Source of the DNA: an uncultured Planctomycetia bacterium
GTDB lineage: Bacteria; Planctomycetota; MHYJ01; CAYXQY01
Direction: 5' to 3'
Length of the DNA: 53,794 nt
NCBI GenBank assembly: GCA_964466525.1
Contig: CAYXQY010000004.1
Location: 1-53,794, forward strand
The notes under the pieces were generated by a model, which was not told where the DNA came from, searched no databases, and worked only from the letters and a program-made list of their open reading frames with translations. The translations under genes and the position numbers were made by a program. Positions 1-8,511 of the stretch are shown in pieces (position 1 is the stretch's first letter; each line of letters starts with the position of its first letter).

Positions 1-1154
1 AACGGATATCTATTTTTAGCCTCGGTATCATGCCCTATATCACGTCCGCGATCATCTTTCAGATGCTGAAGAAAACCGTTCCCAGTCTTGAGGAGCTCAG
101 CAAGGAGGGACCGAGCGGCCAGCGGAAGATCAAGCAGTACACGCGAATGTTCACGGTTCCGATCTGTGTGTTTCAGGGGTTGATGCTGGCGTTATTCTTG
201 AAATCCGGCACGGGAATGGAACTTGTGTACCCGGAGTTTCCCGGCTGGTTGTTTTACGTAAGCACGACGGTGATCCTGGCTGCTGGCGGAATATTCATTA
301 TGTGGCTCGGCGAGCAGATTACCGAGCACGGTATCGGAAACGGTGCATCTATCATTATTATGGCCGGTATTCTTGCGGCAATGCCCAAGGTGGGACAGAC
401 CGTATTCTACAGTGTAGTAAATGGGGCCCGAGGAATGGATCAACTGGTCCTGCTGATCCTATTTTACGTGCTCGCCGTGGCCGCCATCACCTATGTGAAC
501 ATGTCCCAGCGCCGGATACCGGTTCAGCACGGGAAACACGTGCAGGGCCGGCGCATGGTCAGTGGTCAACGAAATTACCTTCCGCTGAAAGTGAACCAGG
601 CAGGGGTCATGCCGCTTATTTTTGCGAGTTCCCTGCTGATGTTTCCGAACCTTCTCGGACGTGCAATTGAAGGAACGGTCCCCTGGCTATCGAGCTTTCT
701 GATTTCAATGGGAGGGGGGACGGGAGGAGCGCTTTCCTTCCTCTACGTCGTGTTCTTCGCGGGGATGGTGTTCTTTTTCACCTACTTCTGGACGGCACTG
801 ATGTTTCAGCCCGTGGAAATGGCAGAACAGCTGAAAGAACGTGGTTCTTTTGTCCCCGGCGTAAGACCGGGCAAGAAAACGGCCAACTTTCTTGAGCATA
901 TTATGAATCGGATCACGCTTGCAGGGGGGACGTTTCTGGCGCTGATTGCTCTCGTTCCGGATATTGCTGCATTTGCCATGGGGTTTGGTTCTCACGTGAC
1001 ACGGTTTCTTGGCGGGACAGGGTTGCTGATTATTGTACAGGTTGCTATGGATACCGTCGAACGGATCGAGTCGAAAATGATGATGCGTGAGTACGAAGGA
1101 TTCTTTAAAGAGGCCGGCAAGAGCAACAGAAGCCGTTCGTATCAACGGAGGTAA
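1..1154 (+). CDS. secY: Preprotein translocase subunit SecY, 5'-truncated by the window edge
   Basis: Frame 3 is open from the window edge (RISIFSLGIMPYITSAIIFQML...). The sequence is a polytopic SecY-like protein ending ...GGTGLLIIVQVAMDT...MREYEGFFK. It is followed by adk-map-infA, as in spc operons. Confidence 0.95.
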   Translation, partial: RISIFSLGIMPYITSAIIFQMLKKTVPSLEELSKEGPSGQRKIKQYTRMFTVPICVFQGLMLALFLKSGTGMELVYPEFPGWLFYVSTTVILAAGGIFIMWLGEQITEHGIGNGASIIIMAGILAAMPKVGQTVFYSVVNGARGMDQLVLLILFYVLAVAAITYVNMSQRRIPVQHGKHVQGRRMVSGQRNYLPLKVNQAGVMPLIFASSLLMFPNLLGRAIEGTVPWLSSFLISMGGGTGGALSFLYVVFFAGMVFFFTYFWTALMFQPVEMAEQLKERGSFVPGVRPGKKTANFLEHIMNRITLAGGTFLALIALVPDIAAFAMGFGSHVTRFLGGTGLLIIVQVAMDTVERIESKMMMREYEGFFKEAGKSNRSRSYQRR

Positions 1155-1313
1155 ACCCGAGAGCTCGACGTTCACTCGTCGGCCTCCCTCAAAGCAAGTA
1201 CATCTCCCCAAGGCGTATCGTCAGGATCGAATGATCCTGCCAGATCCCTTCGAATTCATGGAATCTGGAGTTCCTTATTGCGAAATTTGCGGATCAAGTC
1301 AACGGATAGTGTA

Positions 1314-1988
1314 ATGAGATTACTTTTAATTGGACCTCCCGGAGCGGGAAAGGGCACACAGGCCTCATGTATCAGTCAGGAATATGGCATTGCCCACCTT
1401 TCCGCGGGGGATCTTCTGCGGGAGGCGATCGAACAGGAAACTGACGCCGGCATGCGAGCAAAACCCTACATTGACGAGGGCAAACTCGCACCGGTGGACG
1501 TGGTTGTGGAGATTATGACCGATGAAATGTTCGACGTGTGCGCCCGTGATGGGTTTGTCGCCGATGGGTTTCCCCGGAATCCGGAACAGTACAGGCATCT
1601 GAAAAGGGAACTCGATCGGCGTAACGAAGATGTGGACCTGGCTCTTCAGCTGGACCTGGATCAGGAAGAAATTATCCGCCGGCTGAACGGTCGAAAAACC
1701 TGTTCGAAGTGTGGTCGAAATTATCACGTAGATTTTTATCCTCCTGAGGAAAACAACACGTGCGACGATTGCGGGGGGGAATTATATGAACGAAAGGATG
1801 ACAACATCGAAACGATTAAACGACGGCTCAAGGTTTATCAGGAAGAGAGTCTTCCCGTGATTGATATGCTCGAAGAGGATGGGTTGCTCCGACGTGTGGA
1901 AGCGTCCGGGGATATCGATGAGGTGTTTCGTCGCGTTTCTCAGGTCATCGAATCTGAGATTGGTTGCGTGGCAAATGATCAAACGTAA
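1314..1988 (+). CDS. adk: Adenylate kinase
   Basis: ATG 1314, inside the TTG-started ORF 1278..1988, puts MRLLLIGPPGAGKGTQ (P-loop) at the N-terminus. The LID carries a Cys4 motif (CSKCGRNYH...CDDCGGEL). Confidence 0.95.
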   Translation: MRLLLIGPPGAGKGTQASCISQEYGIAHLSAGDLLREAIEQETDAGMRAKPYIDEGKLAPVDVVVEIMTDEMFDVCARDGFVADGFPRNPEQYRHLKRELDRRNEDVDLALQLDLDQEEIIRRLNGRKTCSKCGRNYHVDFYPPEENNTCDDCGGELYERKDDNIETIKRRLKVYQEESLPVIDMLEEDGLLRRVEASGDIDEVFRRVSQVIESEIGCVANDQT

Positions 1989-2775
1989 ATCACCTCGGGA
2001 ATTGCAGATTATGAAGGAAGCCGGTGAAATCGTCGGGAAGTGTCATGAGCACGTACTCTCAATAATCGAACCGGGCCTTTCCACGGGGACGCTCGATCAC
2101 GAGGTGGAGGCTTTAATACGGGCTCACGACGCGGAGCCGGCGTTCAAGGATTACCGGGGGTTTCCCGCAAGCATCTGTGCCAGTATTAACGAGGAAATTG
2201 TTCATGGCATTCCCTCCGGGGATCGCACACTGCAGGAAGGGGATCTGATCTCCGTAGATATAGGTGTAGAATATAAGAATTATTTCGGTGACGCCGCACG
2301 GACCATTCCCGTGGGAGAGGTGGACGAACAGACTTCTCGGCTTGCCATGGATACTTTTCAGGCCCTCGATCGTGCCATACAGAAGCTTGATGAGGAAACC
2401 CATTTACATGACGTAAGCAGGTTTATTCAGGAGTACGGGGAACAGAGGGGATACGGGATCGTGCGGGAATATGTCGGTCATGGAATTGGGCAGGAAATGC
2501 ACGAAGACCCACAGGTTCCTAATTTTTATGATCCGGAAAAACACGACGACGGCATACGCCTGAAGTCCGGGATGGTGCTCGCCATCGAGCCGATGTTTAA
2601 CTCTGGTTCGTTCCGTACGAAAAAACGAGAAAACAACTGGACGGTGGTGACGGAAGACGGTGAACGATCCGCTCATTTTGAAGATACGGTTGCTGTAACG
2701 GATGAAGGAGTTGAAATTTACACAAGGATTGACGATAATGGTAACCGTACGTATCATTCGTCGTTTTTGAATTAA
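1975..2775 (+). CDS. map: Methionine aminopeptidase type I
   Basis: ATG 1975 is in frame within ORF 1861..2775 and gives [17 protein letters not shown]. MetAP metal-ligand blocks are present ([32 protein letters not shown]). The gene overlaps the adk 3' end by 14 nt. Confidence 0.93.
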   Translation: MIKRKSPRELQIMKEAGEIVGKCHEHVLSIIEPGLSTGTLDHEVEALIRAHDAEPAFKDYRGFPASICASINEEIVHGIPSGDRTLQEGDLISVDIGVEYKNYFGDAARTIPVGEVDEQTSRLAMDTFQALDRAIQKLDEETHLHDVSRFIQEYGEQRGYGIVREYVGHGIGQEMHEDPQVPNFYDPEKHDDGIRLKSGMVLAIEPMFNSGSFRTKKRENNWTVVTEDGERSAHFEDTVAVTDEGVEIYTRIDDNGNRTYHSSFLN

Positions 2776-2789
2776 TCCAATCAAGACTC

Positions 2790-3011
2790 GTGTCCAAGGA
2801 AGAACCGATAAAAGCAACCGGAACGGTGAAGAAAGCTTTACCGAACGCGATGTTCAAGGTGGAGCTGGAAACCGGACATGAGGTGATTGCGTACACGACC
2901 GGGAAGATGAGACGGAAGTTTATACGTATTCTTCCAGGGGATGAAGTGACGGTCGAGATGTCGCCGTATGATTTGGAGAAAGGGCGTATTGTTTACAGGG
3001 AGTCTGATTAA
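2790..3011 (+). CDS. infA: Translation initiation factor IF-1
   Basis: 73-aa S1-fold sequence ([46 protein letters not shown]) with a GTG start and the canonical position after map. Confidence 0.95.
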   Translation: MSKEEPIKATGTVKKALPNAMFKVELETGHEVIAYTTGKMRRKFIRILPGDEVTVEMSPYDLEKGRIVYRESD

Positions 3012-3013
3012 TC

Positions 3014-3127
3014 ATGAAAGTAAGGTCATCCGTAAAGCGCATATGCGAAAACTGCAAGATTATCCGAAGGAACGGAAAAGTGCGGGTTGTTTGTGAAAAC
3101 CCGAAGCACAAACAGGTGCAGGGATAA
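3014..3127 (+). CDS. rpmJ: 50S ribosomal protein L36
   Basis: 37-codon ORF missed by the ORF track because of its size cut-off: [37 protein letters not shown]. It has the CxxC...CxxxH zinc-ribbon signature and lies between infA and rpsM. Confidence 0.9.
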   Translation: MKVRSSVKRICENCKIIRRNGKVRVVCENPKHKQVQG

Positions 3128-3198
3128 GGAATCGCCCGTTCCGCGGATGGATATCGTTTGTTTTCTATCATTAAACTTGATACAAAAAGGGCAACGTT

Positions 3199-3588
3199 AT
3201 GCCACGAGTTGCAGGTGTTGATATCCCTGAAGATAAACCGGTTTGGGTTTCGTTGACCTATATATACGGTATTGGTGAAACGTCCGCCCGGGAAGTGATC
3301 GAAAAAGCTGATATGTCCGAGGATTTGCGGGCATACGAACTGTCCGAAAATCAGATCAGTCAGTTAAATTCGATCATTGAACGGGATTACAAGATTGAAG
3401 GGGAGTTGCGTCAGGAAGTACGGCGCAATATTCAGCGACTCAAGCAGATCGATTGTTATCGTGGAATTCGACACAAGAACGACCTGCCGGTACGAGGTCA
3501 GCGGACGCAGTCCAATGCCCGCACCCAGAAAGGGGAACGAAAAACTGTGCCCGGCCGAGATCGGACGGTGCAAAAGCCTGGAGGCTAA
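3199..3588 (+). CDS. rpsM: 30S ribosomal protein S13
   Basis: MPRVAGVDIPEDKPVWVSLTYIYGIGETSA... with a basic C-terminal tail, typical of S13. Confidence 0.95.
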   Translation: MPRVAGVDIPEDKPVWVSLTYIYGIGETSAREVIEKADMSEDLRAYELSENQISQLNSIIERDYKIEGELRQEVRRNIQRLKQIDCYRGIRHKNDLPVRGQRTQSNARTQKGERKTVPGRDRTVQKPGG

Positions 3589-3751
3589 CCACAAATTCGA
3601 GGGGGTCGGCTTCAGTATTGAGGCCATGTGCATTCCTCCACGGGTCCTATGTTTTTTGGCTTCCAACTACGAAGCTGGACCTGGTTGTTAATCTAAAGAG
3701 CGATTTTTTGTTGTCGTATGTATTGTGAATCTGCACGTTAAGTGACGGGAA

Positions 3752-4126
3752 ATGGCCAGAAAAAAACGTATTAAACGAGTTGTGCCTCGGGCAATCGCCC
3801 ACGTTAAGTCTACGTTTAACAATACGATTATCACCTTTACGGACGAGAATGGAGATGCCCTTTGCTGGGCGTCGCCGGGGACAACGGGGGACAGCGGTGC
3901 ACGGAAATCCACCGCTTACGCTGCCCAGAAAGCAGCTGAACAGGCGGCGAACGAGGCGAAGAAATATGGCGTCGAAGAATGTGAGGTGAAAGTTAAAGGA
4001 CCGGGAAGTGGTCGAGCGGGGGCAATCCGTGCGATCGAGTCCACGGGTATTGACGTCAAAAGCATTGAAGATGTCACGCCTCTTCCCCACAACGGCTGCC
4101 GTCCACCGAAAAAGAGGAGGGTTTAA
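3752..4126 (+). CDS. rpsK: 30S ribosomal protein S11
   Basis: ...[28 protein letters not shown]...[15 protein letters not shown]...[16 protein letters not shown], typical of S11. Confidence 0.95.
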   Translation: MARKKRIKRVVPRAIAHVKSTFNNTIITFTDENGDALCWASPGTTGDSGARKSTAYAAQKAAEQAANEAKKYGVEECEVKVKGPGSGRAGAIRAIESTGIDVKSIEDVTPLPHNGCRPPKKRRV

Positions 4127-4130
4127 CGCC

Positions 4131-4742
4131 ATGGCACGTCGTACCGCTCCACACCACAAGATGTGCCGCCGGGTCGGAATGCCACTCTGTGGGAGTGATA
4201 ATTGCCCGGCAATCGATCGTTCGTATCCACCGGGAGAGATGGGCAAAAATCGGTATCGTCTCAGTGATTATGGCTTGCATCTCCGTGAAAAGCAGAAAGT
4301 AAAATACACGTATGGCGTACTGGAAAAGCAACTTCGTCGATATTTCAAAGACGCAACGAAGTCGAAAGGAAACACCGGTACGAATCTGATTGTCAGGCTC
4401 GAACGCCGTCTGGACAACGTGGTGTTCCGCCTGCAATTCGGAAAGACCCGTCCGCAGGCACGGCAATTCGTGAATCATGGTCACATTTACGTTAACGGTG
4501 AGAAGGTTGATATTCCGTCAGCACTGGTCAGTCCGGGAGATATAATTTCGCCCGCTGATCGTGATCGGAGCAAGCAGCTTGTGGACGAGAACCTCAAGCC
4601 GGAACCGGACTTCGATCAGCTTCCTTCCTGGCTTGCCCTGGATGACGATGCCCTTGCAGGGGACGTGCTTGACGTTCCGGACCCGGAGGATCTTCCCCAG
4701 CATATTGATGAACTCATGGTGGTGGAGTTTCTCACACAATAA
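4131..4742 (+). CDS. rpsD: 30S ribosomal protein S4
   Basis: ATG 4131 is in frame within ORF 4008..4742. The sequence has YGLHLREKQKVKYTYGVLEKQLRRYF and the S4 RNA-binding domain RLDNVVFRLQFGKTRPQARQFVNHGHIYVNGEKVDIPS. Confidence 0.93.
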   Translation: MARRTAPHHKMCRRVGMPLCGSDNCPAIDRSYPPGEMGKNRYRLSDYGLHLREKQKVKYTYGVLEKQLRRYFKDATKSKGNTGTNLIVRLERRLDNVVFRLQFGKTRPQARQFVNHGHIYVNGEKVDIPSALVSPGDIISPADRDRSKQLVDENLKPEPDFDQLPSWLALDDDALAGDVLDVPDPEDLPQHIDELMVVEFLTQ

Positions 4743-4821
4743 CCCATCGGTTGAATCATTGTTCTCATACGATTGTTCCAGGAGTATTTTTGTTGCTTCG
4801 AATTATCCAGAGAGATATCTC

Positions 4822-5922
4822 ATGAACACCGACGAGGACGTTCGTATACGCTGGCGTGATTTTGAATTCCCGAATCGCGTCGTTCTGGACCCGGAAACCA
4901 AAAGTAACACGTACGGAAAATTTACCGCGGAACCGTTTGAGCGAGGGTTTGGTTCGACCATCGGAAACAGTCTGCGTCGCATATTGATCTCAGCTATTGA
5001 AGGGGTGGGGGTTAAAAACGTACGTATTGAGGGAGTCGATCACGAGTTGAGTTCGATTCCCGGGGTCAAGGAAGATGTCCCTGAAATTGTTTCAAACATC
5101 AAACAACTGGTATTTGATCTTGATGAAAATCAGGATTCTCGCACGCTTGAGATTGACGTCTCTCAGCAGGGGATTGTGAAAGGTGGACACATCCAACCGG
5201 ATCCTGCGGTTGATGTGGTAAACCCTGATCTGCACCTCGCAACACTGGTCGACGACAGGAACCTGAATATTGAGTTCGATATCGAGCGGGGACGTGGTTA
5301 TGACAACCGAGAAAAACGTGATCAAAATGGTGAAATCGGGAATATACCCACGGATGCTCTTTTCTCGCCGATTCGACGTGTGCGATACGACGTGGAAAAC
5401 ACGCGGGTCGGGAAGCAAACCGATTTTGATCGGCTGATCATGGAGATATGGACGGACGGAAGTATCACCCCGGAGAAGGCGCTTATTGAAGCGTCAAAGA
5501 TTCTTCGGAAACACCTGAATCCGTTCGTGCAATACTTTGAAATCGAACAGCGACTGCTTCAGAAAAACCGTAAACGCGCCCAGGCCTGGAAAGAACAAAA
5601 AAAGGCGTCGGACATGAAGGAGGTGCTACAGAAGGACATCGAGCAACTGGATCTGAAAACGCGTACGGAAAACGCCCTGAAAGATGATGGGTTTGAAACG
5701 GTCGAGGAGGTGGTTCGTGTGGATGAGGGTCGACTTCTCGATGTACGTAATTTTGGCCAAACCTCCCTCGAAGAGGTAAAAACTGAAATCGAGGCCCTCG
5801 GCCTTGAGATCAATATGGACCTGTCCGAAGTCTATGGTGGAAAACAACACTATCTTGAAGCACGGGAGGAAACCAACGAGGACCCGGAGACGGCAACTTC
5901 AGGTACGGAGGAAAAAGAATGA
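4822..5922 (+). CDS. rpoA: DNA-directed RNA polymerase subunit alpha
   Basis: ATG 4822 is in frame within ORF 4561..5922. The N-terminal domain reads YGKFTAEPFERGFGSTIGNSLRRILISAIEG and the C-terminal domain reads LDLKTRTENALKDDGFETVEEV...NFGQTSLEEV. An acidic C-terminal tail follows. Confidence 0.95.
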   Translation: MNTDEDVRIRWRDFEFPNRVVLDPETKSNTYGKFTAEPFERGFGSTIGNSLRRILISAIEGVGVKNVRIEGVDHELSSIPGVKEDVPEIVSNIKQLVFDLDENQDSRTLEIDVSQQGIVKGGHIQPDPAVDVVNPDLHLATLVDDRNLNIEFDIERGRGYDNREKRDQNGEIGNIPTDALFSPIRRVRYDVENTRVGKQTDFDRLIMEIWTDGSITPEKALIEASKILRKHLNPFVQYFEIEQRLLQKNRKRAQAWKEQKKASDMKEVLQKDIEQLDLKTRTENALKDDGFETVEEVVRVDEGRLLDVRNFGQTSLEEVKTEIEALGLEINMDLSEVYGGKQHYLEAREETNEDPETATSGTEEKE

Positions 5923-6347
5923 CACACGGAGATAAACACCGAAAATTAGGGCGAAAGTCGCACCATCGCATGGCGATGCTGCGTAATATGAGTTCGAGTT
6001 TGATCAAGGAGGAACGAATCATTACCTCCGTTGAAAAGGCGAAGGAGTGCCAGTCCTTTGTCGAAAAACTGATTACGAAATCGGAAGAATATTCCCTGCA
6101 TAAATACCGACAGGTTCTTTCTGACCTGCAGGATGAGGACGCGGTGAAGAAACTGTTTGACACTGTAGGACCCATGTTTTCCGATCGACCCGGGGGGTAC
6201 ACCCGCATCGTTCGGCTGGGAGGTATGCGATGGATCGAAGGCGGGAAATATGCCTCTCACCAGCTGGGTGACGACGCGGAGCGGTGCATGTTTGAGCTGG
6301 TGGAAAAAACCGAGGCGTTCGAAGAACCGGATCAGGATTCCGAATAA
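5919..6347 (+). CDS. rplQ: 50S ribosomal protein L17
   Basis: MTHGDKHRKLGRKSHHRMAMLRNMSSSLIKEERIITS... The start shares an ATGA overlap with the rpoA stop. Confidence 0.95.
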   Translation: MTHGDKHRKLGRKSHHRMAMLRNMSSSLIKEERIITSVEKAKECQSFVEKLITKSEEYSLHKYRQVLSDLQDEDAVKKLFDTVGPMFSDRPGGYTRIVRLGGMRWIEGGKYASHQLGDDAERCMFELVEKTEAFEEPDQDSE

Positions 6348-6660
6348 TTATACCTATCCGAAACAGGGCAGTTCTGATCGGTCATCAAAACGGGTTTCGT
6401 ACATTTTTTGCCTGACCCTCGGCATTTCAGTGACCTTTCCAGGATCTGTTTCTCCTAAAGCATCCTTTCGTACATCATACAGGGAGTACTTGTCGGCCTT
6501 GTTTTCTTTCTCGGCGTTTACAAGGTTCCTGCTGACGTCGACTGCATTCCAATAAAGGGGTCTTTCCTTTATACTAACCTGTACTAACCTGTAACGTCAG
6601 TAGCTGTGCATGTACCATGACAGGTGTTGAACGGCCTCCCGTCTTTTCCGGTTTTTTTAC

Positions 6661-7092
6661 ATGAAAAGAAAAAAAGCACAATCATCCGGATTTACACTTC
6701 TTGAAATACTTATTGCCCTGATGATTCTAATGATCGGTCTCACGTCGGTCATTCTTGTGTTTGCTCAGGGAATTGCACTTCAGACGCGGAGCAAGCGACA
6801 GATGAACACGGCCCGTTTGGCTCAGTCGGTGATGGCCGAAATACAGTTTCTGGCGGACGAGTACAACAGGTTGCCGGATCAGGAAAAGGTATCCTCACAC
6901 GCTGGATTTTCGGATCAATACAGCGTCGAAATCTCATATTCAAAGATGGATACCCGTCCGGACAATGTACCGGAAACGGTCCCCCACACAACACAGCCGT
7001 TTCGGGTACGTATTCATGTTGTTTCCACGTTTCGGGGCAAGGAGAATCGGGACACGTTTCATTCGGCGGTCGTTGTAACAGGAGAACAATAG
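6661..7092 (+). CDS. Prepilin-type N-terminal cleavage/methylation domain protein (pilin or pseudopilin-like)
   Basis: The N-terminus KAQSSG/FTLLEILIALMILMIGLTSV is a class III signal peptide with Glu at +5 and a hydrophobic helix. The rest of the protein has no recognisable family. Confidence 0.75.
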   Translation: MKRKKAQSSGFTLLEILIALMILMIGLTSVILVFAQGIALQTRSKRQMNTARLAQSVMAEIQFLADEYNRLPDQEKVSSHAGFSDQYSVEISYSKMDTRPDNVPETVPHTTQPFRVRIHVVSTFRGKENRDTFHSAVVVTGEQ

Positions 7093-7124
7093 TTATAAGG
7101 GTTTCCGTGCACTTCGAAACGGTC

Positions 7125-8453
7125 ATGAATTCGGAACATCACCTGGAACAGACACTGGACGAGATTCCGGATGAACCCGGTGTCTACTTCATGAAAGACG
7201 ATAGTGGTCGGGTGCTTTACGTGGGAAAAGCGGTGGATTTGAACAGTCGGGTGAGAAGTTATTTTCACGATTCGACCGATCATTCACCGAAAATCCGAAC
7301 GATGCTGAAAAGCGTGCAAGATGTGGATTACCTCACGACGGACTCGGAAGTTGAAGCACTGCTCAAGGAGTCCCGGCTGATCAAAGACGTACAACCGCCC
7401 TATAACAGCCGGTTGAAGGACGACAAGTCGAAGATTCTTATACAAATAACGAAAAACGAAGATTTTCCACGTGTTGAACTTGTCCGGGAGACGGATGAGT
7501 TGAATCCTGATCAATGTGATTACTACGGACCGTTTCTGAAGGCCGGCGACGTGCGCGGGGCATTGAACGTACTGCAAAAACTGTTTCAGTTTCGGACGTG
7601 TGACCTGGATATCGAAGCGGGAGACCCGAAAAACCAGTACTTTCGACCCTGTCTTCTGTATGAAATCGAACAGTGTACGGCCCCCTGCGCAGAACACATC
7701 TCGGAAGAGGCGTACCGTGAGGATATTGAAGCATTTCAGGAGTTTCTGGAAGGAAACCGCGCTCAACTGCTTGAGGAGCTTGAAGAACGCATGTGGGAAG
7801 CCTCCGACGAACAGGCCTACGAACGAGCGGCAAAGATCAGGGATCAGATCCAGCAGATCAAAGGACTGGAACGAAAAGGTACGCTGGATGACGTCGACAG
7901 CCTCCGTGTACCTCCACAGGATCCTTCCGAGGCGCTTGAGGCGCTCCGGCAAACGCTCGATCTGGACTTCGTTCCGAGGACGGTCCATGCAACGGATATT
8001 GCATCACTTTCCGGCAGGGAAGCGGCAGGATCCGTCGTCACGTTCGTCGATGGAAAGCCGTTCAAAGACGGATACCGCCGTTACCGCATTAAATCGGTGG
8101 AGGGCGTCGACGACTACGGCATGATGAACGAAGTAATTCGGCGCCGATACATCCGGCTGCAGGAGGAGGAACAGCCGTTTCCGCACATTCATTTACTGGA
8201 CGGGGGACGCGGCCATCTCAATGCGGTGCAGGACGAATTCGATCGAATTGACATCGATCCACCGGTACTCGTTGCGATCGCCAAAAATCAGGGCGATCGT
8301 CTGTTTCTAACGGACCGCCCGGATCCCCTCGAACCGGAGGAGAATAATGAAGGGTTTCAGATTCTGCAGCATGCCCGGGACGAAGCCCACCGGTTTGCCG
8401 GTCATTACCATCGAATTCTTCGTGAGAGACGGAACGATACGGACGGTTCATAA
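7125..8453 (+). CDS. uvrC: Excinuclease ABC subunit C, short form without the C-terminal (HhH)2 domain
   Basis: GIY-YIG block (PGVYFMKDDSGRVLYVGKAVDLNSRVRSYF), UVR domain (EQAYERAAKIRDQIQQIK) and endonuclease-V-like block (IHATDIASLSGREAAGSVVTFVDGKPFKDGYRRYRIK ... LQHARDEAHRFAGHYHR). The ORF track starts at GTG 7107, and ATG 7125 is the in-frame alternative used here. Confidence 0.85.
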   Translation: MNSEHHLEQTLDEIPDEPGVYFMKDDSGRVLYVGKAVDLNSRVRSYFHDSTDHSPKIRTMLKSVQDVDYLTTDSEVEALLKESRLIKDVQPPYNSRLKDDKSKILIQITKNEDFPRVELVRETDELNPDQCDYYGPFLKAGDVRGALNVLQKLFQFRTCDLDIEAGDPKNQYFRPCLLYEIEQCTAPCAEHISEEAYREDIEAFQEFLEGNRAQLLEELEERMWEASDEQAYERAAKIRDQIQQIKGLERKGTLDDVDSLRVPPQDPSEALEALRQTLDLDFVPRTVHATDIASLSGREAAGSVVTFVDGKPFKDGYRRYRIKSVEGVDDYGMMNEVIRRRYIRLQEEEQPFPHIHLLDGGRGHLNAVQDEFDRIDIDPPVLVAIAKNQGDRLFLTDRPDPLEPEENNEGFQILQHARDEAHRFAGHYHRILRERRNDTDGS

Positions 8454-8461
8454 CACCAAAT

Positions 8462-8509
8462 GTGTTCGGAAGGGCAGTTTATTCCCATTAGAACCTGTCC
8501 TTCCGACAC
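8462..8509. terminator. Hairpin between convergent uvrC and the AddB-like gene (possible bidirectional terminator)
   Basis: GTGTTCGGAAGG (8462..8473) pairs with CCTTCCGACAC (8499..8509). This gives about 11 bp with one bulge and a roughly 25-nt loop. There is no clear U-tract. Confidence 0.35.
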
Positions 8510-8511
8510 GA

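Noticed and set aside
1278-1313. Upstream TTG start for adk, and similar long N-terminal extensions in the ORF track. Affected ORFs start at 1861, 4008, 4561, 39414 and 44092 on the plus strand, and at 44020 and 51330 on the minus strand.
   Set aside because: In each case an internal ATG places the conserved N-terminal motif or a signal peptide at the protein start. The extensions overlap the preceding gene or lack any similarity.
3647-4246. 199-aa minus-strand ORF across rpsK and the start of rpsD
   Set aside because: It is antisense to two universally conserved ribosomal protein genes.
6572-6591. Tandem duplication ACTAACCTGT x2 downstream of rplQ
   Set aside because: There are only two 10-nt units, with no further copies or associated genes. 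This is too short to call a repeat array.
7284-7988. 234-aa minus-strand ORF antisense to uvrC
   Set aside because: It lies wholly inside uvrC on the opposite strand and has no recognisable domain.
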